Below are positions 36,701 to 51,594 of a stretch of 64,000 nucleotides of DNA, piece after piece. This stretch comes from the human T2T-CHM13v2.0 reference genome, Homo sapiens: assembly GCF_009914755.1 (NCBI RefSeq), contig NC_060926.1; one strand, 5' to 3'. The number at the start of each line of letters is the position of its first letter. Positions within the stretch are counted from its first letter, which is position 1. The position numbers were made by a program, and so were the translations under genes. The notes under the pieces were generated by a model. The model made no database searches. It saw only the letters and a list, made by a program, of their open reading frames with translations, and was not told the origin of the DNA.

Positions 36701-39700
36701 CAATAGCATCCTTATCTGGAATGCAGATGGAGGTACTGTTATTCAGAGTGTTATAGTTAAGTGTCTGCTAAAAAAAATACTCATCTGTACACTCATCTAC
36801 CCAATTTGAATGTGTGAACACTGGCTTTCATGAATATGTAGGGCAAAGCTCAAATACCCCTTAAAACAGCCACTTTCACATTTCTTTAATGTTCTTTCCC
36901 AATTGATGCCCTAGGCTATTACAAAAAGTGACCATAAATCAGCTGTCTGCTTGGGAAAAAGGCAGACTTGAAAGCCATTCAATTTTCTTCGAATTTTTTT
37001 CAGCTGTTTAAAATGTATGCAATGGTTCCAGAACCACTAAAGTGGGTTTGAGTAGAAGAACTCTGCCGTGGTAAAGAAATCACATCTTACTCAGTCTAAC
37101 GTTCATTTTTATGTACATTTGATACTGGTTCTCCTAACAGGCAAAACTCAAAGGAAAATATAGGAATATGGAAATAATGTCACAGAAATGCACTTTAATT
37201 AAGTTATGGGGAAAAGAATAAAACTGAATTTTTGAGTAATCAAAAAATAACATATTTTAGCAAACTTATTCAAAATAGAAAACCTACAAATAAGGAACCT
37301 GCTGTCAGGGAACTTGAAATTAAATTTATGTTTAAAAAATATGTTTTTTATTATTTCTTTATGCTACTGATGACCTCTATGCTCATATTGCATTTCCATT
37401 TTTAGCCAAGGCAATGTAGAAGGACTGGCAAAATAAATTAATATGAAATTTAAACTTTCAGGAAGCCATGGAACAACCTATTTTTCTGAATTCTCACTAA
37501 TTAGAATTTGAGAATGTCAGACCTCCAAAGACTGCTGGTAATGCAGTAGAGGTACTGAATGAGTGATCAACTGTGTTTCCCGTCTCTTTGTTTCGCTTTT
37601 GGACAAAGCACTTTCTGAAATAATTTTGGCCATTTCCAAATTAAATAAATATTGAAAGATGTTTACAAATGTAAATTTAGGCTTCTAGCTGTATCAGTAT
37701 GAATATCTAGTCCTATTATGGATTAGTCACACAGGTTGAAATGAAAAGTAGGGTTCTAAGCTGTATCAACATGAGTATCTAGTCCTATTAATGGATTGGT
37801 GGACTAATTAATAGATTAATTAGTCACACACATTGAAATCAAAATCCCTTTCGGTAAAAGGCCAAAATAAAACCAGACTTTATGATTGCAAAATGCCTAT
37901 GATGGATAATTTCAACTAGCATGACTCCAAATCCAAGCTTTCATTGTTGCCATGTTAGGGAATGAAAACATGTTTTAGTTAAGCAGTCATATATCTTCTT
38001 GTACTGAGTCAGATCTTAGAGATCATTAATCTAAGCTCTTCATTTTACATATTGGGAAACTGAAGCTAGAAAATTTTAATTGGCCACAGTTATAATGCTA
38101 GTTAATGGCAAATCTATGAGATTATCCGACTCCCAGTAGATTATGTTTTTCTATTATCCCAGATGACTTCTACCTATCCATTCATCTATCCATCCATCCC
38201 AAACCATCTTGTTCTCTAATGAATTTTATGTGATTTACGAAGATACATGATAAGATAAACTTAAAATAAGTGAAAAGGTTGCAAAGGTAGAGTACTGGAT
38301 TTTAGATAAGTAACCACTAAAATTGTCCTGAAGAAATACACACAGACAGGAGGTGCATATTCACAGCTTCTGCACCATTTGATATGGCAGCACATCATGT
38401 AACACTAAAAGGGGAGCACAATTAATGCTAGAGTTCAACTTTTAAAAATCCAATTACAGAAATTCAAATATTGACATAATTACAGTTATTTTGAAATGGA
38501 GTTAACCCAGAGAGTTCTTTATTTACTTGTGAAAATCTTTTCTGAAATTATTGTTTTAAAGACCTTACATACCATGCCCTCAGTCTCTGTACCTAAATGC
38601 ATAACTAATTTTTTGGTGACAAAAAGAAAATGCAAATTATTGAATCTCTTTCTGTCTTTTTATCTCTTTGACTTAGAACACTGCAGGCTATGCTGGCTAC
38701 AAAATTAAATCAATGAACTCCCTGCTCTCTTCTCATTAAGCCACTGATTAAAATCCTTCCAACTTCCAAGGTCTCTCTCTTACTAACTACTGTCTTCACA
38801 ATGTAAGTGCCAATGAGATATTCATCTTTGTTTCTCTCACACAACAATCATTAGAGTTCTGTCAGATTATTTCTTATTACATCTTGGGAATAAATACATG
38901 GAAGTGATCATTTATTAGCCATATTGGTAGTTTCTCCAGAAACAATTTAAACATGTATTGATCAACTCAGTCTTATTGACACAATGACCTTCGAAGTGAA
39001 GGTTCAAGATCAAAGATGTAGAAGGAGCCACATTTACCTTTGGACAAGCAGCCAGTTATAAAAAACATTTCTCTGCTACTGGGTAGTACTATGACCAATG
39101 TCACCTGATAAACTTTAACTTGGGGATAGATGAGAACTTCCATTCCACACGATGCTTGGAGTATAGAACAGCAAGAAATATGGATGTGGCTGGAAATAAT
39201 CACTTAGTTAACAGAAGGTGTATTTTCTGATTTTGAGTTGATTCATGAGTTGAATATATGCAAGACTCAGGACTGCATGCCCCCAAATAAGCCAGTATCT
39301 GAGTAGCATCTCTATGCTTGTATCTATCCAGTGGTGATTGAGAATAAACATTATCTGGCTCAGATGTCACAATGTTATCTTGTTCATGTGCTAAGAGGAT
39401 CCAGTGTCTTCTAGTTCTAGTTAAACTGGAACTCCAAGCTTCTACACTTGACTACTTCATTCCTTCTGGTGCACATTGGTTCTTTAATACATATTTACGA
39501 TGTTGTACTGCTGAAACACCTCAGTTTAATTTATACTATGCTGACCAATAATGCAAAATAAATACTACTCCAGAATTCAAGTCTCACTTTTAGTTTTCAT
39601 GAGCAGTACACATCATCTTGGACTGGTTTCTGTGTTCTAAACATGACATATGAATATATACATATTATACATTTAAATACATATATTTATATATGTAATT

Positions 39701-39807
39701 AATTGTGTCTCACAGGATGTTAAGGGAGTCAAATTTCATATGTGTGAAGACATTTTGGAAAGTGTAAAAGTGCCCACGATGCAGTGTTTGTATAAATTAT
39801 TATTATA

Positions 39808-40030
39808 GAAAACACATGGACACCGGGAGGGCAACATCACACACCACAGCCTGTCAGGGTGTGGGGGACAAGGGGAGGGAGAGCCTTAGGACAAATACCT
39901 ACTTCACGCGGGGTTTAAAACCTAGATGACAGGTTGATGGGTGCAGCAAACCACCAAGGCACATGTATACCTATGTAACAAGCCTGCATATTCTGCATAT
40001 GTATCCCAGAACTTAAGAAAAAATAAAAAA
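39808..40030 (+). mobile_element. L1PA 3'-end fragment (heavily 5'-truncated)
   Basis: aacacatggacacc...gggtgcagcaaaccacc...tatcccagaactt followed by an A tail. TSD aaattattattata at 39794-39807 and 40029-40042. Confidence 0.92.
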
Positions 40031-43000
40031 ATTATTATTATAACTAATAATTTTTGTTCCTCACATGATGCTACAAAGGAGAGCTCCGGATAGTGCTTGA
40101 AGAGGACAACCCAATGTCCATTTACCTGAATACATTTTATTTTAATGTCCTGAAATCCTCTTGTCCCTCAGTTGAATAGGATCTGTATCTCTCACTTACA
40201 CTAGCCCCTCACACAGATGCTGTTCTTGGGCTGCTTCCTATTATGCCAGCATTGAATTCATTTTGGCATTCCTTATTTAGGGCATATGTGTGGATCTCAC
40301 TGGTAACTTACAAGGTAGGTAGCACCAATCTATGTCTGGCATTATGATTACCTTTCCTCCGACCAGATCTCCTGGAGAGCTTAGTGCACAGACTCAGGGA
40401 TACTTGAGCTCTCTCTAAATTCTAAGTTCTACTCATTAGATTGTGAGAACCTGATTTATTTTATCACTGCATCCAGAATTTACCACTCTGTTAAAACTAC
40501 AGCATATAAATGAACAGATGAACAGGGAAAAACAGACCACTTAGCAAACAATGCTAATTAAAGGAGAGAAAGAGAGAGAAAAAGGGAGAGGGAGAGAGAA
40601 AGACTGAATCTCTAAGTGTAATTCATGCATGACAATGCTCCTTACAATAGGAGTGGTTGTATTTGTAGTTATAATATGACTTTACCTATGGTTTGTCTTC
40701 TATACGGATTAATAATATGCTTATCAACTCCTGTTAAGACAATGAGCTATCTTTTCTTAGTGCATTAGAATAGTGGGAGTACTTGCCTTTTGAAATCATC
40801 TTGAAATCTAAAAGTATGAAGACTGCTTAGTGATATGTTTTATTTTATTTCATATGCTGCTTTTGGGTACAGTTTATGTTTTATGCCCCCAGGGCATCTA
40901 TACAGGAATTCAGTAGAGCTGACTTAAAATGACATAATCACTCAAAAACCTGGCTTATATTCTTAAAGCATTTGCGTGAATAAAAGGATTTTTTGAAAAT
41001 AATTATGACTTGAAAAATAATTGTTATGAAAATACAGCTTAGTTAAAAGTGAGGGATTCATCTTGACTTTAAAAATAGAAGAAATATTATACATGACACT
41101 TGAATTTACTAGAATCATCACATTTTAAATAATCTTACTCTTGATGGTCATCCACTCTAAGCTCACTACATTTTTGGTTATGAAAAAGGCATGATTGTCA
41201 CAATTGCTCATTTATACCAGCTAATTAAATCTCAATATAAAATTGAACAAGTATAGATTATTTTCTAGGAATACACCTAAGAGTGGGAGATGAGAATTGT
41301 GGCAAAATAACACTTTTTCAAAGATTTTATCTGCCTTATAACATCTCTAGAAGTAACAATGAAACTTTCTAACTGGCTTCCACATTATACCCCATGGCTG
41401 GAAATGTATGGTAGAGAAATAGCAAAAAGTGACATTATCTTTAACTGAAAGAGAGAATGACTGAAGGTTAGAAGGAAGGCAAAGCTAAAAATGTCTTGCA
41501 ATAAGTTGGTCTTCCTGCTTTTATGAAGCATTCCTGTCCTTTGAGAAAGCAGTAAGATAAAGCCTACTCTGTGGAAGGGACTGAGAAAAACATAGTTAAC
41601 TATCATTTTGGGTTTTTTTTTACCTACATAATATTCCTCAACTATCTCTATCTCTTACAAACTCTCTTGCAATAGTCTATTGCATTATAAATGCTTTTAC
41701 TTAGTTGCAAAAAAGAAAAAAAAACTATTCCTTTGTAATGTTTTCCTTCAAAATCTAACTACAGGATGAAAGCTTTATCTTTTTCCTGAAAGAGGCCAGC
41801 CATAAGATTCACACCAAGAAATAGTGTAAGACAGAATGCACTAATCAAATCTATATCTACTGATTCTGCCATTCATTCATTCATCCATTTGTACTCATTT
41901 GTTGAATATTTTCATTTAATAAAGAGTTATACAGGCAAGGAATAAAAATACAATTTTCTGACTCAGAACATTTAGAATACTGTGGTGGCGCATGCAATCC
42001 AGTTTCTTTTGGGTTTGGAGAAGGCATCTATCATTTTATGCATTAATCTTTTACACATGTATTAAGTGTTCACACTGTATATTCAAGGTTGCATCCCCAG
42101 GGCCTGCCACAGTACCTAGCATGTAAGAGACAAATATCTGGCCAATCAGTCAGAAATGATTCCAGCCAGTATAATCAGAAAAATAGAAGTAATTTGATAG
42201 GAAAAATAAGTCCAACACTACCCCATCATGCTAGACAAAACAAAAGTACCTTAGAGTTTTACAAAAACGTTTCCAAATGCAAGGGATTGACAGAACCAAA
42301 GATGTTCTATGTTCTCTGATACTTCAGCTATCAGCTGATTAGAAAAGGTATCAATTTGAAAAGCAACAAGAAGCATTGTCATGTTAACTTTTTTGGAAAA
42401 TGTGACTGCTACCACCATTCACTGTAAGGCAATTTGTGCTCCTTCATTTTTACAACTAATAAATGGTGCCAGTGTTTATTTTTCTCCTTTTCCCTTTGAT
42501 TTCATTTTTTTCATCTCTTCCTATTTCATTCATGGTGTCCCAACTCCCAGAGGAGCTACCTCAGGAAAAAAGATCTCACATAGCAAGAAAAGTCCAAGGA
42601 GCAAATGCTGTTTGACTCTAACCAACATACCGTAGCACCTTAGGTCCATGTATAAATTTAGGGAAGAGAATTACATGCTTTCTTCCAGTTATTATTATAT
42701 GATTCCATAAGTCAAAGAAATCTGGAAATGTTTCTATGAGTAGAAATTTGTGATAAAGGAGATAGTCTTTTTTACTCTGCTAAAATATTTTTTGGTACAA
42801 GGAAGGTGCCCTGTATATAACTGTTGATTTAATTTGAGATATCATGAGCCCTGACACTTGACTTTTAGTTCTCCAATTTAAGTTACTAAGCTGCCTACAT
42901 TCGATCAGGATAATTTGCCATATAATCATGAATGGGTAGGGGAAATTGGCAGCTTTTAACAGTTCTCAAAGGTAATTCCTAAGAGAGGTGAGTTGGAACT

Positions 43001-43114
43001 GATGAAATTGAGATAGATGCTAAGTGACCAGGCATCCCTGCTTTGAATTGTGAAATTGAACTTCAATGTGTAACAAATGCAGGCCTTCTATGAGCAGCAA
43101 GTTGCTTTTTCCAC

Positions 43115-43350
43115 TACTGAGCATGGAAGGAGCATGAATGTTGGAGCTGAACAGACTGGTCTTAAATCCCAGCTCTGCCACTTACTAGCTGTGTAACCCT
43201 GGGCAAGTTCCCCAACTTCTCTGGATTTCTTTCAATGTAAAAGTGAAGTTATTTACACCTATTTTGCATGAGTATTACATGTATTAAATTATCTAGACCT
43301 AGATAGGCATACTATCTAGCACAGTAGCTGGTATATGGAAGATATTATCA
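43115..43350 (+). mobile_element. MIR
   Basis: aaatcccagctctgccacttactagctgtgtaaccctgggcaagtt core. Confidence 0.85.
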
Positions 43351-45554
43351 TGAATATTTATTACATAGATACAACCAGCTTTCAAAATGAATGGCTCTTG
43401 TAGACATTTTCACATTATTCTCACCGCAATATGGAAATTAAACTTTATTCCTAGCACTGGACTCCCTAATCTTTAGAGACAAACACACCCTTCACAGAGA
43501 AATTACAAGTTTCTCACCTAAATTCACACATCCATGTTTAAATATTCTATAAACAGAGAAGATTATATGTTTGATAGGACAGCGCTTGTAAAAGCACCTC
43601 AAAAAATCACATTATCAGTATATTGAAAATACAAGGAGCATCTCTTCTCTCTAGCTACACGATGTAATCAAGCATTTGTCAAATCATATTTGGAGGCTCT
43701 TTGAATTATGTGCTCCAGTTCCCTTTTAGGTAAAGAGAAGGAAACCCTAAATTGGCATGGTCAGGTGTGGGTCAGATGTACAGTACCAAATTACTGCACT
43801 GCACTGTTCAGGAGGGACTTAGGAGTATATCCCAGTTTCCTGGCTCTCCATCCAGTTGGCGTCTTGCTCCTTCTACTCCTCCTAGTTTCATGTTTGGGTA
43901 TGGGGCAGATAAAAATAACAGCGGGAATAATTTACTACTTTTCCCAAGTTTCTTATACATAACTTGACTTTTTAAATTCTTCCCTATGTCTTACTGAAAT
44001 TTTAAGTAAGGCCTTTGAAAAATACTAGGGAATGATGCCGTCACTCACAGCTGCCAGACTGGAGAGCACTCAGTGGCTGGTGCAAAGCCCAGTAAAATCC
44101 AACCAAAGAACACAAGTGCAGAAACAGGACAAGAATTTTGCTAATTGTCTTCTTTGAGAACTAGGAGCTTCATTAGAGAATTTGCCTTTGTGCATGTATT
44201 TAATGAGATGGGATATGCTGCTGAACTCTTCCTGCAGGTATTTCAGTGTTTTATTTAGTTATGATATTGCCTAATGACCTCTTTTTTTGGTCCACTATTC
44301 AGACATTTTTGGGTCATTTAAAAAGTTGTTATAAATAAACATCACTTACATAACATTTAGATTTCTAAGTGATTAAACATATCCTCTCTTGGATAGCTTT
44401 CCTCTTGCCAGCCTTGCATTTACAGTCTGTCTCACTCAATTCTGACATATTTCATTGCAGTTGTTATCACGCCTCTGCCATCTGGGTTTGTCCTTTTCCT
44501 TCCCGCACACCTCTGCAATCCCCGCCTGCCCTCTTCCCTTCGTTATCATTGCTTAGATGCCTACTAATTAAGGACAAGAAAGAAACCTATTCAACATAAA
44601 TATACCTTTTATCATCATGCGAACTTACACAGATGTAGCTTTTTAAACAGTTCAGAAGACAAACTTTTCTTGATGATTTGGTGTCATTTTTATGAGCACG
44701 AGGGCTGGAAACACAGTAGTGATCTCAAAGAGTATTGCTGACTATTCTCCATAGGTACCCAAGTTGCTCGTTTACTTTTTAGTCTATGAAAGCTCAATCT
44801 AGCTTTTGTCTTTTGTCAGCCTTTATAGACCTCTTTCTTCCTTCCAATTTGCCCCTTCGGATCTGCTTTGAGCTGGAAATCCAGATAATCAAAGTTCTCC
44901 GTCCTGAGAAATGAGAAATTGGCTATAAGGTAAAGGATATCAGAGAGGTTCTCAAATGAGAAAGCCCAGGTGCATGAGAGCACTCAGTCAAGGCTCATGG
45001 CTTAAAATACACAAGACCTGTTAGTTTCTTCCAAATGCAAAGTTCTTCGTGAAGGTAGTATATTTATTTCTAAGCGAATCTCAGTAATATTTTCACTATG
45101 ATAATTTTCAAATGGGCTTTTCTTATTTTATTGAGTCCAAGCATCCTTATTGAAACAAGATTCCACATTTCTAAATTTCTATTTTCCAAGATCTATTCAA
45201 ACAGAAGCCAAGCCTCCTTTTGTGTTCCACTGAGTTGGCTGGGAGGGAGGGAAATGAAGATGAAGTAATATAATAAGAAAGGTGGCTGTCTTACTGTCAT
45301 TGACTGCTTTGCTACCTGAAAAACTCGAAGGTACACTGGTTTATATTTTTACGTAGAACCTGATGTAGCCATGCAGGCATCCAGCTGTATCTATCCAGAG
45401 TGGGTGATTCACCTGGTGTACCCTGAAGAGACAGAGAAATGCTCTTCACGGTAGCATCTTTTTGGTTTCCTAGGACCAGTTGTTTGCTTGACAAATTGAG
45501 AAGCCCTGGTACAGGTTATGGGATCTTACAATGCTGCTTTCCAGTGATCTGCTG

Positions 45555-45775
45555 CATGGGCATTGGAGTCAGACTTACCCAAGTTTAAATCTGGACTTTA
45601 CTATTTAGAGCTGGTAGAACTTGTGTGATTTATTTAACCTCTCATTTGTAAATGGGAGGGATGCACTGCCAATCTATGCAGTAGTTGTAGGGATTAAGAA
45701 AATCATGACAGATGATATACTTAACACTGTTCCTGGTGCGTGATAAATTCAAAATAAATATTGGCTATTATCACC
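45555..45775 (+). mobile_element. MIR
   Basis: tggagtcagac...ttatttaacctctcatttgtaaatggg...gttgtagggattaa. Confidence 0.7.
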
Positions 45776-46140
45776 TTCATTATTATTTTATAAGACATAC
45801 ATATGTTACCTCCAGCATGCTGAAAATAACGTTTCTTAATAAAGTAGGCAAAACCCCAGTATCCTAACATTCACAAGAGGTAGACAATCCACTTTTGTCC
45901 TTGCCTAGCATATTGTGAAGTGGAAGGGGAAAAAGCCAAACAGTGCATGAAGAATGCAAATGTATTTTTTTTCCTGAATGTTCTCTTTTGCTTTTTGACT
46001 TTTAAACTCTACTTTATTTCAAAACACAGTCCCAACCATTCCAAAGCATTTTTGAATTGGAAAGCCTTCTTTTTTTGTTTCATAATAAGCTAACTGCAGG
46101 TGCAAACTCAAGGGAGACAGACCTTGGAAATTTTAAGTAT

Positions 46141-46304
46141 GTTGCCATGGCAATGGTTTGCAAGAATGTGTATGAGTTTCATCTTAGCTTTCAAGCATTC
46201 AACTGAGTTCATACGTGGAGGTTCAAATCACTAGGCACACAATGTTTGCCACTCATTGTGTCCTGAAAGGTTTGGAAATAACTATCTGTGTTGCTTATAG
46301 CAAC
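46141..46304. promoter_or_regulatory. Pair of RFX X-box motifs (candidate intronic enhancer)
   Basis: GTTGCCATGGCAAT (46141-46154) and GTTGCTTATAGCAAC (46290-46304). Confidence 0.45.
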
Positions 46305-47318
46305 CAGAAACCACAAAATTCTATTTATTTATTTATTTATGCAAATGTAGAGATCTAGTCATTCATATCTGCTCTTAGGTGGCCTATCTCACCAGTGTGG
46401 CTGCTCTAAGAGAAGCTGTACACATAATTTCAACACTAATCATTTTCACCATTGTTGCAAACACAGTTGTACTCCCAATATGGAGTAGCTATAAAAATGT
46501 TCCACTGAATATCACATTAATTTCCTCATTCAAATTTGACAGATCCTTCCAGAAGCATGATAATTATTTAAAGATGTTGCATTAAAGCAAAATTTCAGTC
46601 TAATGAATTGTGGAGTATTTCCTTAAAAGTGTCTCATCCTATAGTGGAAGAAAGAAAGTGAAAGCACACAATCCAGTCATTAAATTAACACCACCCTCCC
46701 CAGAAAAAGCACCAGCACCGGCACTGCCAACAAAAAGACATGCAAAAAACATCATTTTATCACATATTACTACCCCAGTGGTTCTTAAATGGTTCAGCTA
46801 ATGCTTCTAAATTCCAAAACCTGCACACTGAACTCATGCTTCATTGACAGAGGAGGCAATGGTTCTTGACAAAAGCATTCTTTTCCCCATAAATGGAATC
46901 CATAGCATACTATAATTGGGTAAGTTTTAAAGCTATCTATTGGGTACGGGAAATAATTATTAACAAATTCTCTTCAAATTACAAGGCTTTTTTTCACGTA
47001 AAATGAGTACTAAACAAATAATATCATTTTTAATTAAATAAATGATTTATTTAATTAAAATCCAGCAAGAAAAAGCTGGATTTCTAGGGGTGTATGTTCT
47101 TCATGTTTTCTAGCGAAAACTTGCTGCAAATGATTCATCATGATACAGCAGAATGCCCTACATAAAAACATGGCCACAGGAGACCCCAGTATCTCCTGCA
47201 TTTTGTTACTGACTGAACCCTTCACAAACGCATTATTAGCTACCAAACCCTGGCAGCTATTTAAAATTCGCATTGTTGCTTTAACTTTGACCCATCTTCC
47301 AAAATGCCTGCGCACGCA

Positions 47319-47319
<1 letters not shown>

Positions 47320-47348
<29 letters not shown>
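47320..47348. repeat. (CA)n microsatellite preceded by alternating purine-pyrimidine sequence (gcgcacgcatg)
   Basis: Directly visible. Confidence 0.95.
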
Positions 47349-47349
<1 letters not shown>

Positions 47350-47958
47350 CAATCTCTCAATCTCCCGTCCTCCTTGTTGTAACATTTTGTTGACGTACTT
47401 CAAAACTGCAGTAGAGCTTCCCTGCCCTGACCCTCCATTCTAAGAAGCTTACAGCAATGCTGGAATTAAACAAATGAGAACACAATAATTAGCTATGCAA
47501 ACTGTCAACTAGATCTAAAAAGAAAAACAACCCAGAAAACACAACAATCAGCAGTTTCAAGCCCTAACAAGAATCTGCATTGAATTCTCATTTATTTTAA
47601 ACAAAAATAGATTAGGCCTTTTGAAAAATATTCAGTGAAATTTCTATGGAAATAGGACAAATTAGCCTATAGGTCTTTACATCTCTAATTTCTGTGTTGC
47701 TGATACAGTAGAAAAGTCCAACACTCTTTCCAAATAAATGCTCTTCTACTCTTTAATAGCCAGATTTACTTCCAAAGGTGAGTAGCACCAAAAATATTTC
47801 CAAAGTGGATATGAAACAGGTTAGTGGATCAAATTATATGGTGTGACACCGCAGTTCCCAACTCTGTCCCCACAACCTCACCCTAATCATTTTATCAATG
47901 GTAATTAAAATATAAAGGGAAACTGTAAGGGAAAAATAATTCTTGAAATATATGGTGT

Positions 47959-48083
47959 GGCTGGGTATGGTGGCACACACCTCTAGTCCCAGCCACCTGG
48001 AGGAGGCCGAGGCAGGAGGGTCACTTGAGTCCAGCCTGGGCAACATAGTGAGACCCTAACACTAAAAAAAAGAAAAAAGAAAA
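47959..48083 (+). mobile_element. Alu monomer (FLAM-like)
   Basis: Single arm with A tail; TSD aaatat(a/c)tggtgt. Confidence 0.85.
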
Positions 48084-48716
48084 ATATCTGGTGTGTTTGT
48101 GGTATATGAAGGGGAGGGAATAGGTATTCAATTCTTTGGGTGGAGAGTACTGATTATATAATTTGTAGCTAAATCTCTGAGTTTCTTCATAGATACCAAT
48201 CAACTGCCTCCTCACCCTTCGGGAACCATCCTGAGTTCTGATGAAGCAACATGGATTATCTCTATGATACAGACACTTTGTCTGAATACTAATCTAATGC
48301 TTCAATTGACTGTTAAATGTTCTCTTAACCCATTTGCATCCCGTAATAGAAATTTGGATTTTTTTAAATTGAGAATTGTAATGACTCTGTAAAAGTTTTG
48401 TTGCTTCAAGTCTTTTATCTTTAAACTTGCTGAATAACTGCCTACTTTATAAATTGAGAATGTAATATGTAATGCCTGAAACTAGTGTAGGACAAGAAAT
48501 AGTAATCTAAGTTTTGACTAAGAGTTCTATGTAACCCATTGACCTGGGGCAAATCACTCCTCATCCTAATATAAGTAGGTTAGAGTAGATGACCTTTCAC
48601 ATTTCCCATGCAATGATGGAGAGTAACACAAGGGAGTCCTGTGGTAACGGTAGAGGGTAATATCTTGATTGTGGTGGTGGTTACAAGAAGCTACACATGT
48701 GATAAAACTGCATAGA

Positions 48717-48980
48717 GGCCGGACACGGTGGCTCATGAGGTCAGGAGATCAAGACCATCCTGGCTAACACGGTGAAACCTCGTCTTTACTAAAAATACAA
48801 AAATTAGCCGGGGGTGGTGGCATGCACCTGTAGTCCCAGCTACTCAGGAGCGTCAGGCAGGAGGAGCCCTTGAGCCCAGGATATGGAGACAGCAGTGAGC
48901 TATGATCATGCAACTGCACTCAGCCTGGGCAACAAATTGAGAGCCTGCCTCTAAATAAATAAATAAATAAATAAATAAAA
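48717..48980 (+). mobile_element. Chimeric Alu (Y-type left arm, J-type right arm) with (TAAA)n tail, abutting an L1MC/MD 3'UTR fragment (about 48625-48716)
   Basis: Left arm gaggtcaggagatcaagaccatcctggctaacacggtg; right arm cttgagcccagg...gtgagctatgatcatg. No clear TSD. Confidence 0.85.
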
Positions 48981-50303
48981 TGAAAACAAAATACAAATAA
49001 AATGAAACTGACAAAATAAAACAGGAAATATCACGGATTCACTAAAAATTAAATATCCATATTTATATCCCGAGGATGCTGCCATTTCTGCCCAGTTAGC
49101 TACCCCTACAATGTGTAATCTTATTTTTCAATCCTCAAATCCTGCAGAATCCTTATTTATCTGATAATTCAATTGTGCTCAATATGCTTCCTTTTAACGT
49201 CACAGAATTCAGTGAATTTTCCTGACTTCCATGTGGTCGAAAAATAATGGCTGGTGACTTAGAAATTTTACTGCTATGTATTGGCTTCAAAATTTGTCTT
49301 TCAAGTGACAGGAATGGGGCAGAAAAAGACAGTAGATGCCACTAGCAGAGTTCTGGTGTAGGCAAAGTAGAAGAAAAGAGGCAAAACAAACAGGAAATAA
49401 CTAAGCAAGAGAATGAGCAGAAGGAAGGAGAAAAGCTAAGAAAAGAGTTCCTCCACCTATGTTTGGGCGGTGGCAGAGTGTCTCTGTCCATTTTACAAGT
49501 GACATCTATGATACAGCTATTTCATATTTAGGAAAGTAGAATGAATCACGCAATGAGATGTGAAATAAGTCTTGATTACAGTATTCTAGAAAGGGGCTTA
49601 AAAGAAGCAAAAGACTTTACTCCTGGTAAACACCAAACCTTCAGACACAGAACAGAAATGTGCCGTTAGAAGATCCCTCTCACCCCCATCCTTTAACATC
49701 TTTCACCAAACAAAACAGGGTAAAACAAACTCAGGCAGTTTCTCAATTACTTTCATTAAAATGTCTATGAACGGTGAATTAAATGACGAATCTCTTTCAG
49801 AACCCATTAATACTTTTTCCAGAGCTAATACTATCAGTAAATTTTAAATAGTGGGAGGAATTATTATAAAAGAATAAAATATGTAACAGATGCTGAATCG
49901 GTCATATGTCCCAGAGCTGCTGTAACATACCCAGGCCCGTACTTCATGTGTCCATAATGAAAAGAGCTGGCTGAGAAGTTATGAGGCCACACCTCACAAC
50001 ACCTCACCCTGCTCTCTCCCTAGTCCCACAGAGGCACAATGCTTCTAAAGCTTTGAAGCCTGAAGTTCAGGGAATGCTTTAAAGATGAAGTGTTTAAGCT
50101 ATTTTCTGGAAGCCAAATCTATCATTTTAAGATTACATTAAAAGCTACACTTCTACTGTTCATATCAATTTACGCTCCAAACTGCTGGTTTCTCAGAGCA
50201 TCCATTGAATCCTGGTGGGAGGTAAATAGTTTCTGTTTAGATTTTGACAGAAAATTAAAATTTAAAACATAATCACTACATCTTCCATATACTAAGAAGT
50301 CTT

Positions 50304-50857
<554 letters not shown>

Positions 50858-50883
50858 GTCTTGAAATGATAAATGTAAAAGTT

Positions 50884-51260
<377 letters not shown>

Positions 51261-51263
51261 TAA

Positions 51264-51594
<331 letters not shown>

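Noticed and set aside
43577-43587. REST/RE1 right half-site GGACAGCGCT
   Set aside because: No left half-site nearby; isolated half-sites are common.
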